Assembly (NCBI GenBank): GCA_002269645.1
Contig: NIVC01000157.1
Location: 310,001-374,000, forward strand
Length of the DNA: 64,000 nucleotides
Direction of reading: 5' to 3'
Origin: Macrostomum lignano
Taxonomy: Eukaryota
How positions within the stretch are numbered: the stretch's first letter is position 1; each line of letters begins with the position of its first letter. Below are positions 11,283-22,221 of this stretch, piece by piece. The notes under the pieces are model-generated. The model searched no databases, was not told where the DNA came from, and was given only the letters and a program-made list of their open reading frames with translations. The position numbers and the translations under genes are program-made.

Positions 11283-13437
11283 ATGTACATTCCTATTCAT
11301 GCAAATTTCTCACGTACCGAAATGCACGAAGAGGCAACAGCTGCTCCACCCAGCAGCCCTCAGTGGCTTCTATTCTTACCTGAATCGATGCTGGCAACCT
11401 CTTTGAAGTTGCCGCTTAATAAAACTAGTTCAACTACGCTAACAGGCCGCCGCAACGAAGCTCAACGAGTGGCCACTGTGCTGGAATTTGCCGATGACAT
11501 TGATAATGTTGAACCTCTGGATGCCCTGCTAATAAGTGAATCCACACTCATTGTGTTCTACGATCCCCGGTCTGTCAGAGACAGCCTGTTCATGACTCAC
11601 CCATCGGACTCGCTGGGAGCTCTGCCACCAACTGGGCCTCGGTTGGATGCCTTCAGACAGCAGCTGGGCTGTCCCAGCAGTCTGGCTAGACCAGCTGGTC
11701 CTGCAGCCGGGGTTGCTAACCAGAAGCCTGCGTCGCTATTAGCAACCGCACTATCCTGGTGCGCAACCATCAGTCGGATTCGTTCCGCTTGGCAAAATTT
11801 CAAATTATCTCTGCCGCCGAATTCGAATCCGCACGCTGCGGCACAGCTGGCGTTGCAGCTGCTTCTAGGAGCCTGCTTGGTTCTGGCTGCGAATTGCTTC
11901 TGCGATGCAGTCAGCGGCTTGAATCCGGTTTGCTGCCGGGGTGGCGATAGCGGCGGATGCGCGTTTGCGCTGCGTCACTGGACTGCGCAGTTGGAGTTGG
12001 CGCTGCGCTCGGCTCTCGAATGGCTGAGGCGCTACCCGGCAGGACTGAAGCTGCATAGCGGGGCTGCGAGGGTGCTGGCTCAGGTGTGTGCGCGGTGTGG
12101 TGGTGTTGTGTGACACATTTGCTGCGCTTGAATGCTAATTTGCAATTGATTTTTACATTGGCGCAGTTTAGGGATTTCCTATGCGTGTTTGTTAGGGATT
12201 CCCCCAGTCTTTTTCGTTTTTTTATTTCCCTTTCTGTTTGGGATTCCCCCAGTTTTTTAGTTTAGAGATTTCCCTTGCGTGTTTTTTAGGGATTCCCCAA
12301 GTTTTTTAGTTTAGGGATTTCCCTTGTTTGTTTGTTAGGGATTCCCCAAGTTTTTTTAGTTTTGGGATTTTCCTTGCGTGGTTTTTAGGATTTCCTTTGT
12401 GTGTTTGTAAGGGATTCCCCCAGTTTTTCAGTTTAGGGATTTCCTTTGTGTGTTTGTTGGGATTCCCCCAGTTTTTTAGTTTAGAGATTTCCCTTGCGTG
12501 TTTTTAGGGATTCCCCCAGTTTTTTTTTAGTTTAGTTTAACAGCCTTGTTGGCCAAACCCCCAAGGCACAGTGAAGTGTACATGCCTAACGATATATAAA
12601 GTTAGGGCCGCTGTACACTCCTGTGTGAGTGTGTGCCTGTGCGTATGTCTGCGTACGTATCCGCGCGCTTGTGTGCCAATAAGACAGTAAGCAAGGATTG
12701 AACACACTACTTGCAGTCAGTCTTGTGAGTAGTAAGATTCGCAAATTATTCTCTACCTAAATAATTTCTCCCAGGGTTTGGCCTACCAGCTGAGCATCTG
12801 GCACCAGTGGACCGACTCTCTCCTGCTGCCCATTGTCACGGCCAACCTGTGGCGGGCCAGCCTCCTTCTAGCGGCTGTGGGCGGCGCTCCCTGCCAGCTC
12901 GCCCTGCTGTCCGACTTCTGCCGCCTCGTAGCGCTGCACCTGCGCCTGCTGGACTCTCTGTGCTGCCGGCTCTGCTGTCTGCAGCTCCGACTGCTCGGCG
13001 CCGCCGCCCGGCTGCTGCGCGGCCGCAAGTGGAATCCGCTGCGTCTGAGAGCCGACAGTGCGCCCTACCAGCTGGACCAGCTGCTGCTCTGCACCCTGGC
13101 ATTCGCTGTGCTGCTGTTCATGCTGCCCACCTTTGCCGCCTTTGCCGGTGTGCTGCTGGCCTTCCACCTGGTGTGGCGGGCCTGCGACTGGGGCCTGCTG
13201 GCTCTGGCCGCTGCGCCCTGCCGTCTGCCCGCTCTGCTCACTGCCGTCTGGCTGGCCAACCATCGGCTGGTGTACGCCGTGCCGAGATTCGAACTGGCGA
13301 CCTCGCACACAGCATCCTACTATTTATCAGCTGTCGGCGATGGAGAAGTGAGAAAGAAGCCTGCGCTGCGATTGAAGCTGGATAAGATTGGCCTGGGACA
13401 GGCGCTGCGGCTCGGGCCGGCCTTCTATCGGGTGTGA
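11283..13437 (+). CDS. PIGQ: GPI-GlcNAc transferase subunit PIG-Q/GPI1, 2 exons: 11283 (or 11322)-12083, 12775-13437
   Basis: WLRRYPAGLKLH..Q | GLAYQLSIW and LRGRKWNPLRLRADSAPYQLDQLLLCTLAFAVLLFMLPT match the Gpi1 domain. Phase-0 donor at 12084, acceptor at 12774. Confidence 0.92.
12170..12530. repeat. Degenerate ~40-bp TTAGGGATTCCCC-core repeat in PIGQ intron
   Basis: Recurring ttagggatt(c/t)cc..agtttttt units. Confidence 0.75.
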
Positions 13438-13541
13438 CCGGCTGTGTTGCTATTGACAACGCGGGGCGGGGTAGTTTAATCCTGCTTGCTGCTGCTAAGT
13501 AGTTCACTGGAGTTGGGCCCGTTGAAAAGGTTACCGTGACA

Positions 13542-13810
13542 AGATGTGCAACCGACAGCTCAGCCGCAGCGATTGCGCGGCGCATTTGAAAGCTGCGTAC
13601 GGCTGTTCAGTCCAAGGACGGGGGGGGGGTCGCCACACACCCTCAATTACCCCAGCTAATGCTGGCACCCATTTTACAGCTGGGTGAACTGAAGCAATGC
13701 AGAGTTGGGTGTATTTTTCAAGGACACAAATTGTTCCAGTGGGATCGGGACTCGAACCCCCGACCTTCAAGTCGTGGGTCCGCCGCTCTAACTACTAAGC
13801 TACAACCCCA
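13542..13810 (-). mobile_element. tRNA-derived SINE with MIR/CORE-like domain (copy 1)
   Basis: The minus strand has an A-box (TAGCTTAGTAGTTAGAGCG), a B-box (GGTTCGAGTCCC), then CCTTGAAAAATACACCCAACTCTGCATTGCTTCAGTTCACCCAGCTGTAAAATGGG, which resembles the CORE domain. A second copy is at 48841. Confidence 0.8.
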
Positions 13811-13959
13811 TAACGAATAAAATAACTGTAATGCAACGGAGAGGCGACTGTTAAGTCAGCAGCGCATCACGTGAGTTGTAGAATCCAAAGAGTCGTCATG
13901 TTCAGGGGGGTCGCCAACAGGGGGGACAGGGCGACAAAACATAGTGCCGCTATTTAGAC

Positions 13960-14580
13960 GCTAAAATGAGTGCCTGCGGTGCTAAAATGAGTGCCTGCGG
14001 TGCTAAAATGAGTGCCTGCGGCGCTAAAATGAGTGCCTGCGATGCTAAAATGAGTGCCTGAGGCGCTAAAATGAGTGCCTGCGGCGCTAAAATGAGTGCC
14101 TGAGGCGCTAAAATGAGTGCCAGAGGCGCTAAAATGAGTGCCCCAGGCGCTAAAATGAGTGCCTGCAGCGCTAAAATGAGTGCCTGCGGCGCTAAAATGA
14201 GTGCCCGAGGCGCTAAAATGAGTGCCTGAGGCGCTAAAATGAGTGCCTGAGGCGCTAAAATGAGTGCCTGTAGCGCTAAAATGAGTGCCAGAGGCGCTAA
14301 AATGAGTGCCCCAGGCGCTAAAATGAGTGCTTGTGACGCTAAAATGAGTGCCTGTGGCGCTAAAATAAGTATGAGTGCCTGCAGCGCTAAAATGAGTGCC
14401 TGAGGCGCTAAAATGAGTGCCCCAGGCGCTAAAATGAGTGCCAGAGGCGCTAAAATGAGTGCCCCAGGCGCTAAAATGAGTGCCCGAGGCGCTAAAATGA
14501 GTGCCTGCAGCGCTAAAATGAGTGCCTGCAGCGCTAAAATGAGTGCCTGCAGCGCTAAAATGAGTGCCTGAGGCGCTAAA
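13960..14580. repeat. 21-bp minisatellite (GCGCTAAAATGAGTGCCTGAG)n
   Basis: About 29 units, period 21. Confidence 0.95.
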
Positions 14581-15831
14581 ATAAAAACTCAGTGATTCTA
14601 GCACGCCTCAGATACGACTGTACGGACCAGAGTCGCAGACAATAAAACGCTTCAAACTGACTCTTCTTTGCCCTAGGTACCGCTTTCTTCAAGGTAGACC
14701 CGCAGAAGGGTGTGCATTCAATTAACAAGACAATGAATTCCGCTTTTTATTTCTCTTCTCTTATCTGATGCATTTACCTGTCTCCATGTATCGAACAAAA
14801 TAATACACTTTTCATTAATAGTTGAATTTGAAAAAGCAGAATTTTTGTAAAATGTTTTGTTTTTGTCCTTTTTTATTTTGCTGAATAAATGTGTATTAGT
14901 TAATTGAATAAAGCATTTATACTGTTATAACAAGGAAAGGTAATTTAATTATAATATGAACAGTAGCATTAGAGGTTTAATAATGATGAATAGCATATGT
15001 ATTTATTATATTTAGATACAGACAGGATATTCATGGCGACTATTGCTTTAAAGCATCGGTCGGCAAAGCCCGGCTCGCCCCCTAAACCTCTCTATCCGGG
15101 CTGCTTAAAGTCTGCGTCTTTTCTCAGCATTGTTCCCTCCCCTCCACTCCCCTCTCTTGCCGAGCCCAGGTTTAAAGATCGCTATTTGAAAGGAAATAAT
15201 GATCATAAATAATGCACAAGGCTAATAACTGAAAACGCATCACACTGACTATATAAAAACGCATCATACGAGAGCAGAATAGCGGCAATACATAATAGCA
15301 ATGCCCTACTTTAATATTAAAACAAAAAATAGAACTAATAACCAAGAAAGCTTATAATTTTTGTTTAACACCAAATGGTGAGATTGTAAAATGACATAAG
15401 CTTTCATACTCGAAGTTTCTCTGAAAAACTAATTAGCTTTAAAAAATGTTTGACAACAACGATAATTGGGAGGCAGACGTATTAAATGACAGCGCGGATC
15501 CAATCTCAAAACAAGGAAACGATTATGCGGTTAAAACACACTCACACCATTAAAAAAGTTAAAAAACAGCGGCATTTTGAATTTCTGTAACGGACGCGCT
15601 GGCACTAATAAGTTATTTCTCTGGTAACTTGAATTTGTTGTCGGCTCGGTTTAAACAGTAACAAAAACGCGATTATACATTGAAAATGTAACAGGATAGG
15701 AGTGTTTCAAACAGAAGATTTACTTTAAGTAGTCAAAATAGAGTTTTTCGCTATTCTACTCTACAATAAATTAAGAAGCAATCGGCCCTCTTTTCTTAGT
15801 CTGTAAACATTGATTAGCGAGACGAGTGCGG

Positions 15832-18387
15832 TTAGAAGCTGGCTCCATTGCGGTCCTTGGAGTAGCCGAGGCCGCTCTGGTTGAACACTGTGGAGGCCAG
15901 GCCGTGCATCAGGCTGATCGGCAGGGCCTCGGCCACTATTGGGACGCCCGGGCTGCGTTGCCGAATAACGTTGGCCAGTTCAATAAAGAACGCGTCAACA
16001 TCGTAGATGGCGTCGCCACGGTCTTGGTCGCAGTAGTGCAGCGGGTGGTGGGCCAGGGTCAGGTAGGGGATGTTGTCAGAGCTGAACGGGTTCCAGCGAG
16101 TGCTGAGAGCCACCTGGCCGGGGTCGCCCCAGAAGATGCGGGCGGCGCCGTGCCGACGCGGATCGGCCATCGTCCGGCCGGGGAACACGACTTCGCCCAT
16201 GGCCAGCTGGATGCGCGGGTAGTGGATGGATTCGATTAGTAAACGATATGTATCGAAACATTAAATCACGCCGATATGTATCGAAACACTAAAAGACATC
16301 GATGTTAATCGAATAAATTTTATCATTCTATGAGTAACAATATGTGACAATATGAGTAACAGATGATAAAATAGATTCATAAAACCAGTGAGTCGAGCTG
16401 TGCCATGCATTTTTATGGTTCTTAGGTACAGGAAATGTACGTAGACTAAAAAATTGGCATAAAGTCCTATCATAGTTTCCGAACTAAAAACTTTATAAAC
16501 ATCAATACTTCCTATCTCAGTAGTGTGTTTTCCGGCGAAAACTAGCCTCGCAAACATTTTCTAAGAAACGTAGTTTTCCGTTTTCTACTCGAGTAGTCCT
16601 TGGCTATAGGATACCGATATGTATCGAAGACATTAAGACATTGTATTACAACAATGCATACATGCGATACATGCGTGGCTCATACTCGGGTACATGTATT
16701 GCTCAGAGCCTGTGCAAACATTAAAATTGAACTATGCATAGACTCTCTTACCTATCTTGGCTGGCTCGCACATACATGTATGCAATTATACAGCGGAAAG
16801 GAGAGAGATCACTGACTGACTGACTGACTGACAGAAAATGGCTAGCACAGCACAAGCAGCACGTATGGTTGAGACCTCAGCTAACTCATTAGTCAGCATT
16901 AACCAGACGTATGTAGAACTTCATTTTTTAGAATTAAAAAAGCTGATTCTGTATGCTGAATATCTGAATATTTTTTCTTTTTAAAACCAGCCGGCTTTGA
17001 ATTTGAATTTGTTGTACACCTTATATCCAAAGTGTATCTTCTACCTCCACTAAATCATTGTATGCGGTTCCTAAATACTCAATACAGCTAACATGATATA
17101 ATATAACATATCTAACACCTATTCACCTTTTTTATCCCATCCGCCTCAAATCCCCACCCCATCCGCCTCGAATCCCCACCCTATCCAATCTGAATTGAAA
17201 CCCCACCCCATCCGCCTCGAATCCCCACCCCATCCGCCTCGAATCCCCACCCCATCCGCCTCGAATCCCCACCCCATCCGCCTCGAATCCCCACCCCATC
17301 CGCCTCGAATCCCCACCCCATCCGCCTCGAATCCCCACCCCATCCGCCTCGAATCCCCACCCCATCCGCCTCGAATCCCCACCCCATCCGCCTCGAATCC
17401 CCACCCCATCCGCCTCGAATCCACCCTATCCAATCTGACTCGAATCACCATCCTATCCAATCTGACTCGAATCCCCACCCTATCCAATCTGACTCGAATC
17501 CCCACCCATCCGCCTCGAATCCCCACCCTATCCAATCTGACTCGAATCACCATCCTATCCAATCTGACTCGAATCCCCACCCTATCCAATCTGACTCGAA
17601 TCCCCACCCTATCCAATCTGACTCGAATCCCCACCCTATCCAATCTGACTCGAATCCCCACCCCATCCGCCTCGAATCCCCACCCTATCCAATCTGACTC
17701 GAATCCCCACCACATCCGCCTCGAATCCCCACCACATCCGCCTCGAATCCCCACCCCATCCGCCTCGAATACCCACCCCATCCGCCTCGAATCCCCACCC
17801 AATCCGCCTCGAATACCCACCCCACTTGCCTCAAATCCCCACCCCACTTGCCTCAAATCCCCACCCCACTTGCCTCAAATCCCCACCCCATCCGCCATAA
17901 ATCCCCATTCATCAAGTCAAGCAGTTCAAACTACATAACAGAGAAGAGCAAAGCTCACTTTAACAACAGAGGACAGCAGAATCCTCTTGGCGTGCTTAAA
18001 CTTCCTGGTAACAAAATCGAATTTAATAGCCAGCACGGAGTTCTCGCACAGCAGCACAACCTTCTCGTAGTTGTTATTCCAGTGGTCGATTTCTGTGAGC
18101 ACAAACTGCTGTTTCACCGCCCCGTCAGATTCGGCATTCACAGCGGCGGTCACGCAGGCGTCCGTGATCTCCTGAGGTGTCAGCTTGGTGACGAAAAACC
18201 TCTCCCTGGTCGGGGGACAGGCCAGCAAGGTGGGGTCGAGCAGAGAGGTGCCTTCCGGCGGAAGCGGCTGCTGCTGCTGCTGGCCCTGTGGATAAGAGTC
18301 GGCGCCGCCGTAGGCCGGATCGCCAATCTCCAGCTTGGAGCTTTGGAAGTTCACCTGCGGCACGCTGGCTTCGGTTGGTGAAGACAT
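15832..18387 (-). CDS. TPRG1L: TPRG1-like (hSac2 domain) protein, 2 exons: 18387-17959, 16206-15832
   Basis: LTEIDHWNNNYEKVVLLCENSVLAIKFDF..K | LAMGEVVFP..RWNPFSSDNIPYLTLAHHP..GLASTVFNQSGLGYSKDRNGASF parallels TPRG1L. Phase-0 donor at 17958, acceptor at 16207. Confidence 0.9.
17130..17900. repeat. 22-bp minisatellite (ATCCCCACCCCATCCGCCTCGA)n in TPRG1L intron
   Basis: Period 22, with a second variant (CCTATCCAATCTGACTCGAATCCCCAC). Confidence 0.95.
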
Positions 18388-18561
18388 ACTACTGACTTGG
18401 CTTGGCTTGTTAGTAGTGTTATTGTATTTATTGAATAATTAACTTGTGTCCGTTTTCGAATCAAAGTTAAGAGTTGAGAAACAGATTAACTGCGCTGGAA
18501 TGTATTAAGTTTAGGTTAAGCGTCAAGGATGTTTAGGCAGTATACTAGAACCTGGTTTTTT

Positions 18562-21520
18562 ATCTGCCTCTCCGCTCCCTCAGTCCCTGAGAATCTGCCT
18601 CTCCCCCGTTGGATTTTGAGTTTTTAAAGTAGGCACGAAAGGTGAAGAGTTTTACACCTTCTGCCTCACTTTCGCCTCTCTTATGCCTATTTTGTGCCAC
18701 TTGTGCACCGCGTGTTCACCTGAGTGCCTCTGCAGGGTCAAAAGGTGAATTTAAGGCACGAAATAGGCGGTAGGGGCACAGGTGCCATAGGGGAGTTAGG
18801 TGAATTAAAGGTGCACAGTGTGCGTTGAGGCACAAAAGGTGAACAAAGTAGGAATTGGGGGCATTGGTGGAGTGAAAGGTGAAAAAAAGTGCGCTGCGGT
18901 GTAGGTGCATAAAAAGTGTACAGTGTGCACTGGAGGCACGAAAGGTGAATAAAGGGTGCACAGTGGGCACTTTAGGCGTAGAGGCAATGCAAGGGGCGTT
19001 TCAACTTGCGAAAGTTCTTTGCTACTTTTCCTTACTATTCTTTGAACAGATTCAAAACTTTTCCTCACTGATGCAAAACTTTTCACCACTTTTCGGAACT
19101 TTTCCTGAGTATTTGAAAGTCATTAAAACTTATCAGTATAGGAAATGTTTGCTTTCGTGGTTTGTCAGGATCAGGAAGGGGATAGCAGCGATTAGTATAG
19201 GTGTAAATAAAGCTTTTCTATGTTCAATCTGTGCATGCAATGTACGAGTATGTAACTCTCAGTTAATTTTTTGTTGCTGATTACGCTCGTATTAATGCGT
19301 TAATTCGTGCATAGGCATGGAAGGTGAGCGAGGTGCACAGAAGAGGCACTTTTGGGGTCTATTTCGAGCGTGTTTTGGAAATGCACCTGTATACATATTT
19401 ACGCTGCAACATGTACAACTTATGCACCTCTAATTCACCTTTCGTGCACTTTCTGCGCCCCTTCAGCACCTTTCCTGCACCTGCTGTGCCTCGCTTGTGA
19501 GCCTGCTGTTCACCTTTTGCGCACCTCCAGTGCCCCTTATGCACCTTTCCTGCCCCTACCGCCGCAACCAATCAAAATTGAGAATTCACCTACTGCCTGA
19601 CCACTTCACCGATTGTACACCTTTCATGCCTCTTTTCGAAAATATTGGTGACATTTAGGCATAAAAGGTGCACTCAGGTGCATTTCCAAAGCACACACGA
19701 AATAGGCCACCAAAGTGCCTCTTTTGTGCACCTCGCTCACCTTTTATGCCTCTGCAGGTGCATAACTTTTCCAACGGGTCCGCTCCTTCAGTCCCTGAGA
19801 ATCTGCCTCTCCGCTCCCTCAGTCCCTGAGAATCTGCCTCTCCGCTCCCTCAGTCCTTGAGAATCTGCCTCTCCGCTCCCTCAGTCCCTGAGAATCTGCC
19901 TCTCCGCTCCCTCAGTCCTTGAGAATCTGCCTCTCCGCTCCCTCAGTCCTTGAGAATCTGCCTCTCCGCTCCCTCAGTCCTTGAGAATCTGCCTCTCCGC
20001 TCCCTCAGTCCTTGAGAATCTGCCTCTCCGCTCCCTCAGTCCTTGAGAATCTGCCTCTCCGCTCCCTCAGTCCTTGAGAATCTGCCTCTCCGCTCCCTCA
20101 GTCCCTGAGAATCTGCCTCTCCGCTCCCTCAGTCCTTGAGAATCTGCTTCTCCGCTCCCTCAGTCCTTGAGAATCTGCCTCTCCGCTCCCTCAGTCCCTG
20201 AGAATCTGCCTCTCCGCTCCCTCAGTCCCTGAGAATCTGCCTCTCCGCTCCCTCAGTCCCTGAGAATCTGCCTCTCCGCTCCCTCAGTCCCTGAGAATCT
20301 GCCTCTCCGCTCCCTCAGTCCTTGAGAATCTGCCTCTCCGCTCCCTCAGTCCCTGAGAATCTGCCTCTCCGCTCCTTCAGTCCCTGAGAATATGCCTCTC
20401 CGCTCCCTCAGTCCCTGAGAATCTGTCTCTCCGCTCCATCAGTCCCTGAGAATATGCCTCTCCGCTCCCTCAGTCCCTGAGAATCTGCCTCTCCGCTCCC
20501 TCAGTCCTTGAGAATCTGCCTCTCCGCTCCCTCAGTCCCTGAGAATCTGCCTCTCCGCTCCCTCAGTCCCTGAGAATATGCCTCTCCGCTCCATCAGTCC
20601 CTGAGAATATGCCTCTCCGCTCCCTCAGTCCCTGAGAATCTGCTTCTCCGCTCCCTCAGTCCTTGAGAATCTGCCTCTCCGCTCCCTCAGTCCTTGAGAA
20701 TCTACCTCTCCGCTCCCTCAGTCCCTGAGAATCTGCCTCTCCGCTCCCTCAGTCCCTGAGAATCTGCCTCTCCGCTCCCTCAGTCCCTGAGAATCTGCCT
20801 CTCCGCTCCCTCAGTCCCTGAGAATCTGCCTCTCCGCTCCCTCAGTCCTTGAGAATCTGCCTCTCCGCTCCCTCAGTCCTTGAGAATCTGCCTCTCCGCT
20901 CCCTCAGTCCTTGAGAATCTGCCTCTCCGCTCCCTCAGTCCCTGAGAATCTGCCTCTCCGCTCCCTCAGTCCCTGAGAATCTGCCTCTCCGCTCCCTCAG
21001 TCCCTGAGAATCTGCCTCTCCGCTCCCTCAGTCCCTGAGAATCTGCCTCTCCGCTCCCTCAGTCCCTGAGAATCTGCCTCTCCGCTCCCTCAGTCCTTGA
21101 GAATCTGCCTCTCCGCTCCCTCAGTCCCTGAGAATCTGCCTCTCCGCTCCCTCAGTCCTTGAGAATCTGCCTCTCCGCTCCCTCAGTCCCTGAGAATCTG
21201 CCTCTCCGCTCCCTCAGTCCCTGAGAATCTGCCTCTCCGCTCGTTCAGTCCCTGAGAATATGCCTCTCCGCTCCCTCAGTCCCTGAGAATCTGTCTCTCC
21301 GCTCCATCAGTCCCTGAGAATATGCCTCTCCGCTCCCTCAGTCCCTGAGAATCTGCCTCTCCGCTCCCTCAGTCCCTGAGAATCTGCCTCTCCGCTCCCT
21401 CAGTCCCTGAGAATCTGCCTCTCCGCTCCCTCAGTCCCTGAGAATGCCTCTCCGCTCCCTCAGTCCTTGAGAATCTGCCTCTCCGCTCCCTCAGTCCCTG
21501 AGAATCTGCCTCTCCGCGCC
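18562..21520. repeat. 31-bp minisatellite (ATCTGCCTCTCCGCTCCCTCAGTCCCTGAGA)n, split by the transposon at 18605-19778
   Basis: About 1.5 units at 18562-18604 and about 56 units at 19779-21520. Confidence 0.95.
18605..19778. mobile_element. Non-autonomous DNA transposon (1174 bp), TIR CCCGTTGGA, 3-bp TSD TCC; possibly CMC/EnSpm-related
   Basis: cccgttgga at 18605-18613 and tccaacggg at 19770-19778; TCC at 18602-18604 and 19779-19781. It interrupts a 31-bp repeat unit. Internal 77-bp inverted repeat at 19313-19389 / 19675-19751. Confidence 0.85.
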
Positions 21521-21798
21521 ATCAGTTCCTAATTCAAACAGAATTATATATAATAAATGAACAATAATGAATAACAGTCAATGAAATGCAGTCAAATTCC
21601 GTTTTATTAAAGCAGTTCTTTACAAATCAACATTCATTTCTTCATAATTAAGACTTAGTTGAGTTTGAACTTTCCGAGCTAGAGAGAAAATGTAAACATA
21701 CACACGGCGGTTAAAGCAATACCGCTCTTGGATATCCTATTAGCTCAACGTATTTAGCCTAAGGCGAACTCAAATATCAGAGTGCAGCATGTAATCAT

Positions 21799-22221
21799 TC
21801 AATTCTGCTTTCTTTCACCGCCCATGCAAGGAGGCGAACCAGATACCTCAGCCTCTTTCAGCCACTCGTCGGGTGTTCTGGCATCAATGCTCAGCGCGTG
21901 AATTCCACCTCGGCCGGAACTTGACGAGCCGCCGAGATAACTAGCCAGCACTTTGTTCACCAACCTGTGCCGGTTAACTACTGATACACCATCGAACTGG
22001 TTTGAAACAATCAGCACTTTAAAATGAGTCTCAGCCCTGTGTCTATCGGCAACTGCGTGGCCAGCTGATTCGTTGATAATTTTTAAATGAGTTGGGCGCA
22101 GCTCTGATGAGGATTGGAGGCTGGACTGAATGCGACAGGCAATGGGACCCTGGTAGCCTGCGAATGCATCACTGCAGAGACCACGCCTGGCTGCAGAAAT
22201 GAATAAACTTATTCTAGAAGC
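21799..22221 (-). CDS. BOLA1: BolA-like protein (BOLA1 type), last exon; start exon not located
   Basis: LRPTHLKIINESAGH..ETHFKVLIVSNQFDGVSVVNRHRLVNKVL..GIHALSIDARTPDEW..SPPCMGG is the BolA signature. TTCTTTCAG acceptor at 22222 and no in-frame Met nearby, so an upstream exon is needed. Confidence 0.9.
   Translation of the reverse strand, partial: ASRISLFISAARRGLCSDAFAGYQGPIACRIQSSLQSSSELRPTHLKIINESAGHAVADRHRAETHFKVLIVSNQFDGVSVVNRHRLVNKVLASYLGGSSSSGRGGIHALSIDARTPDEWLKEAEVSGSPPCMGGERKQN

Noticed and set aside
12170-12530. Interstitial telomeric repeat
   Set aside because: TTAGGG occurs only once per ~40-bp unit, not as tandem hexamers.
13740-13810. tRNA gene on the minus strand
   Set aside because: A and B boxes are present, but the anticodon and T stems do not pair properly. 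It continues into a CORE-like body and has a second dispersed copy, so it is a SINE head.
15826-16239. Plus-strand 137-aa ORF (similarly 63568-63978 and 17848-18381)
   Set aside because: Antisense shadows of GC-rich real exons (TPRG1L, FMO).
19779-21520. CRISPR-like array (31-bp repeats); likewise the 69-bp and 36-bp arrays
   Set aside because: Units are head-to-tail with no unique spacers, there are no cas genes, and the context is eukaryotic.
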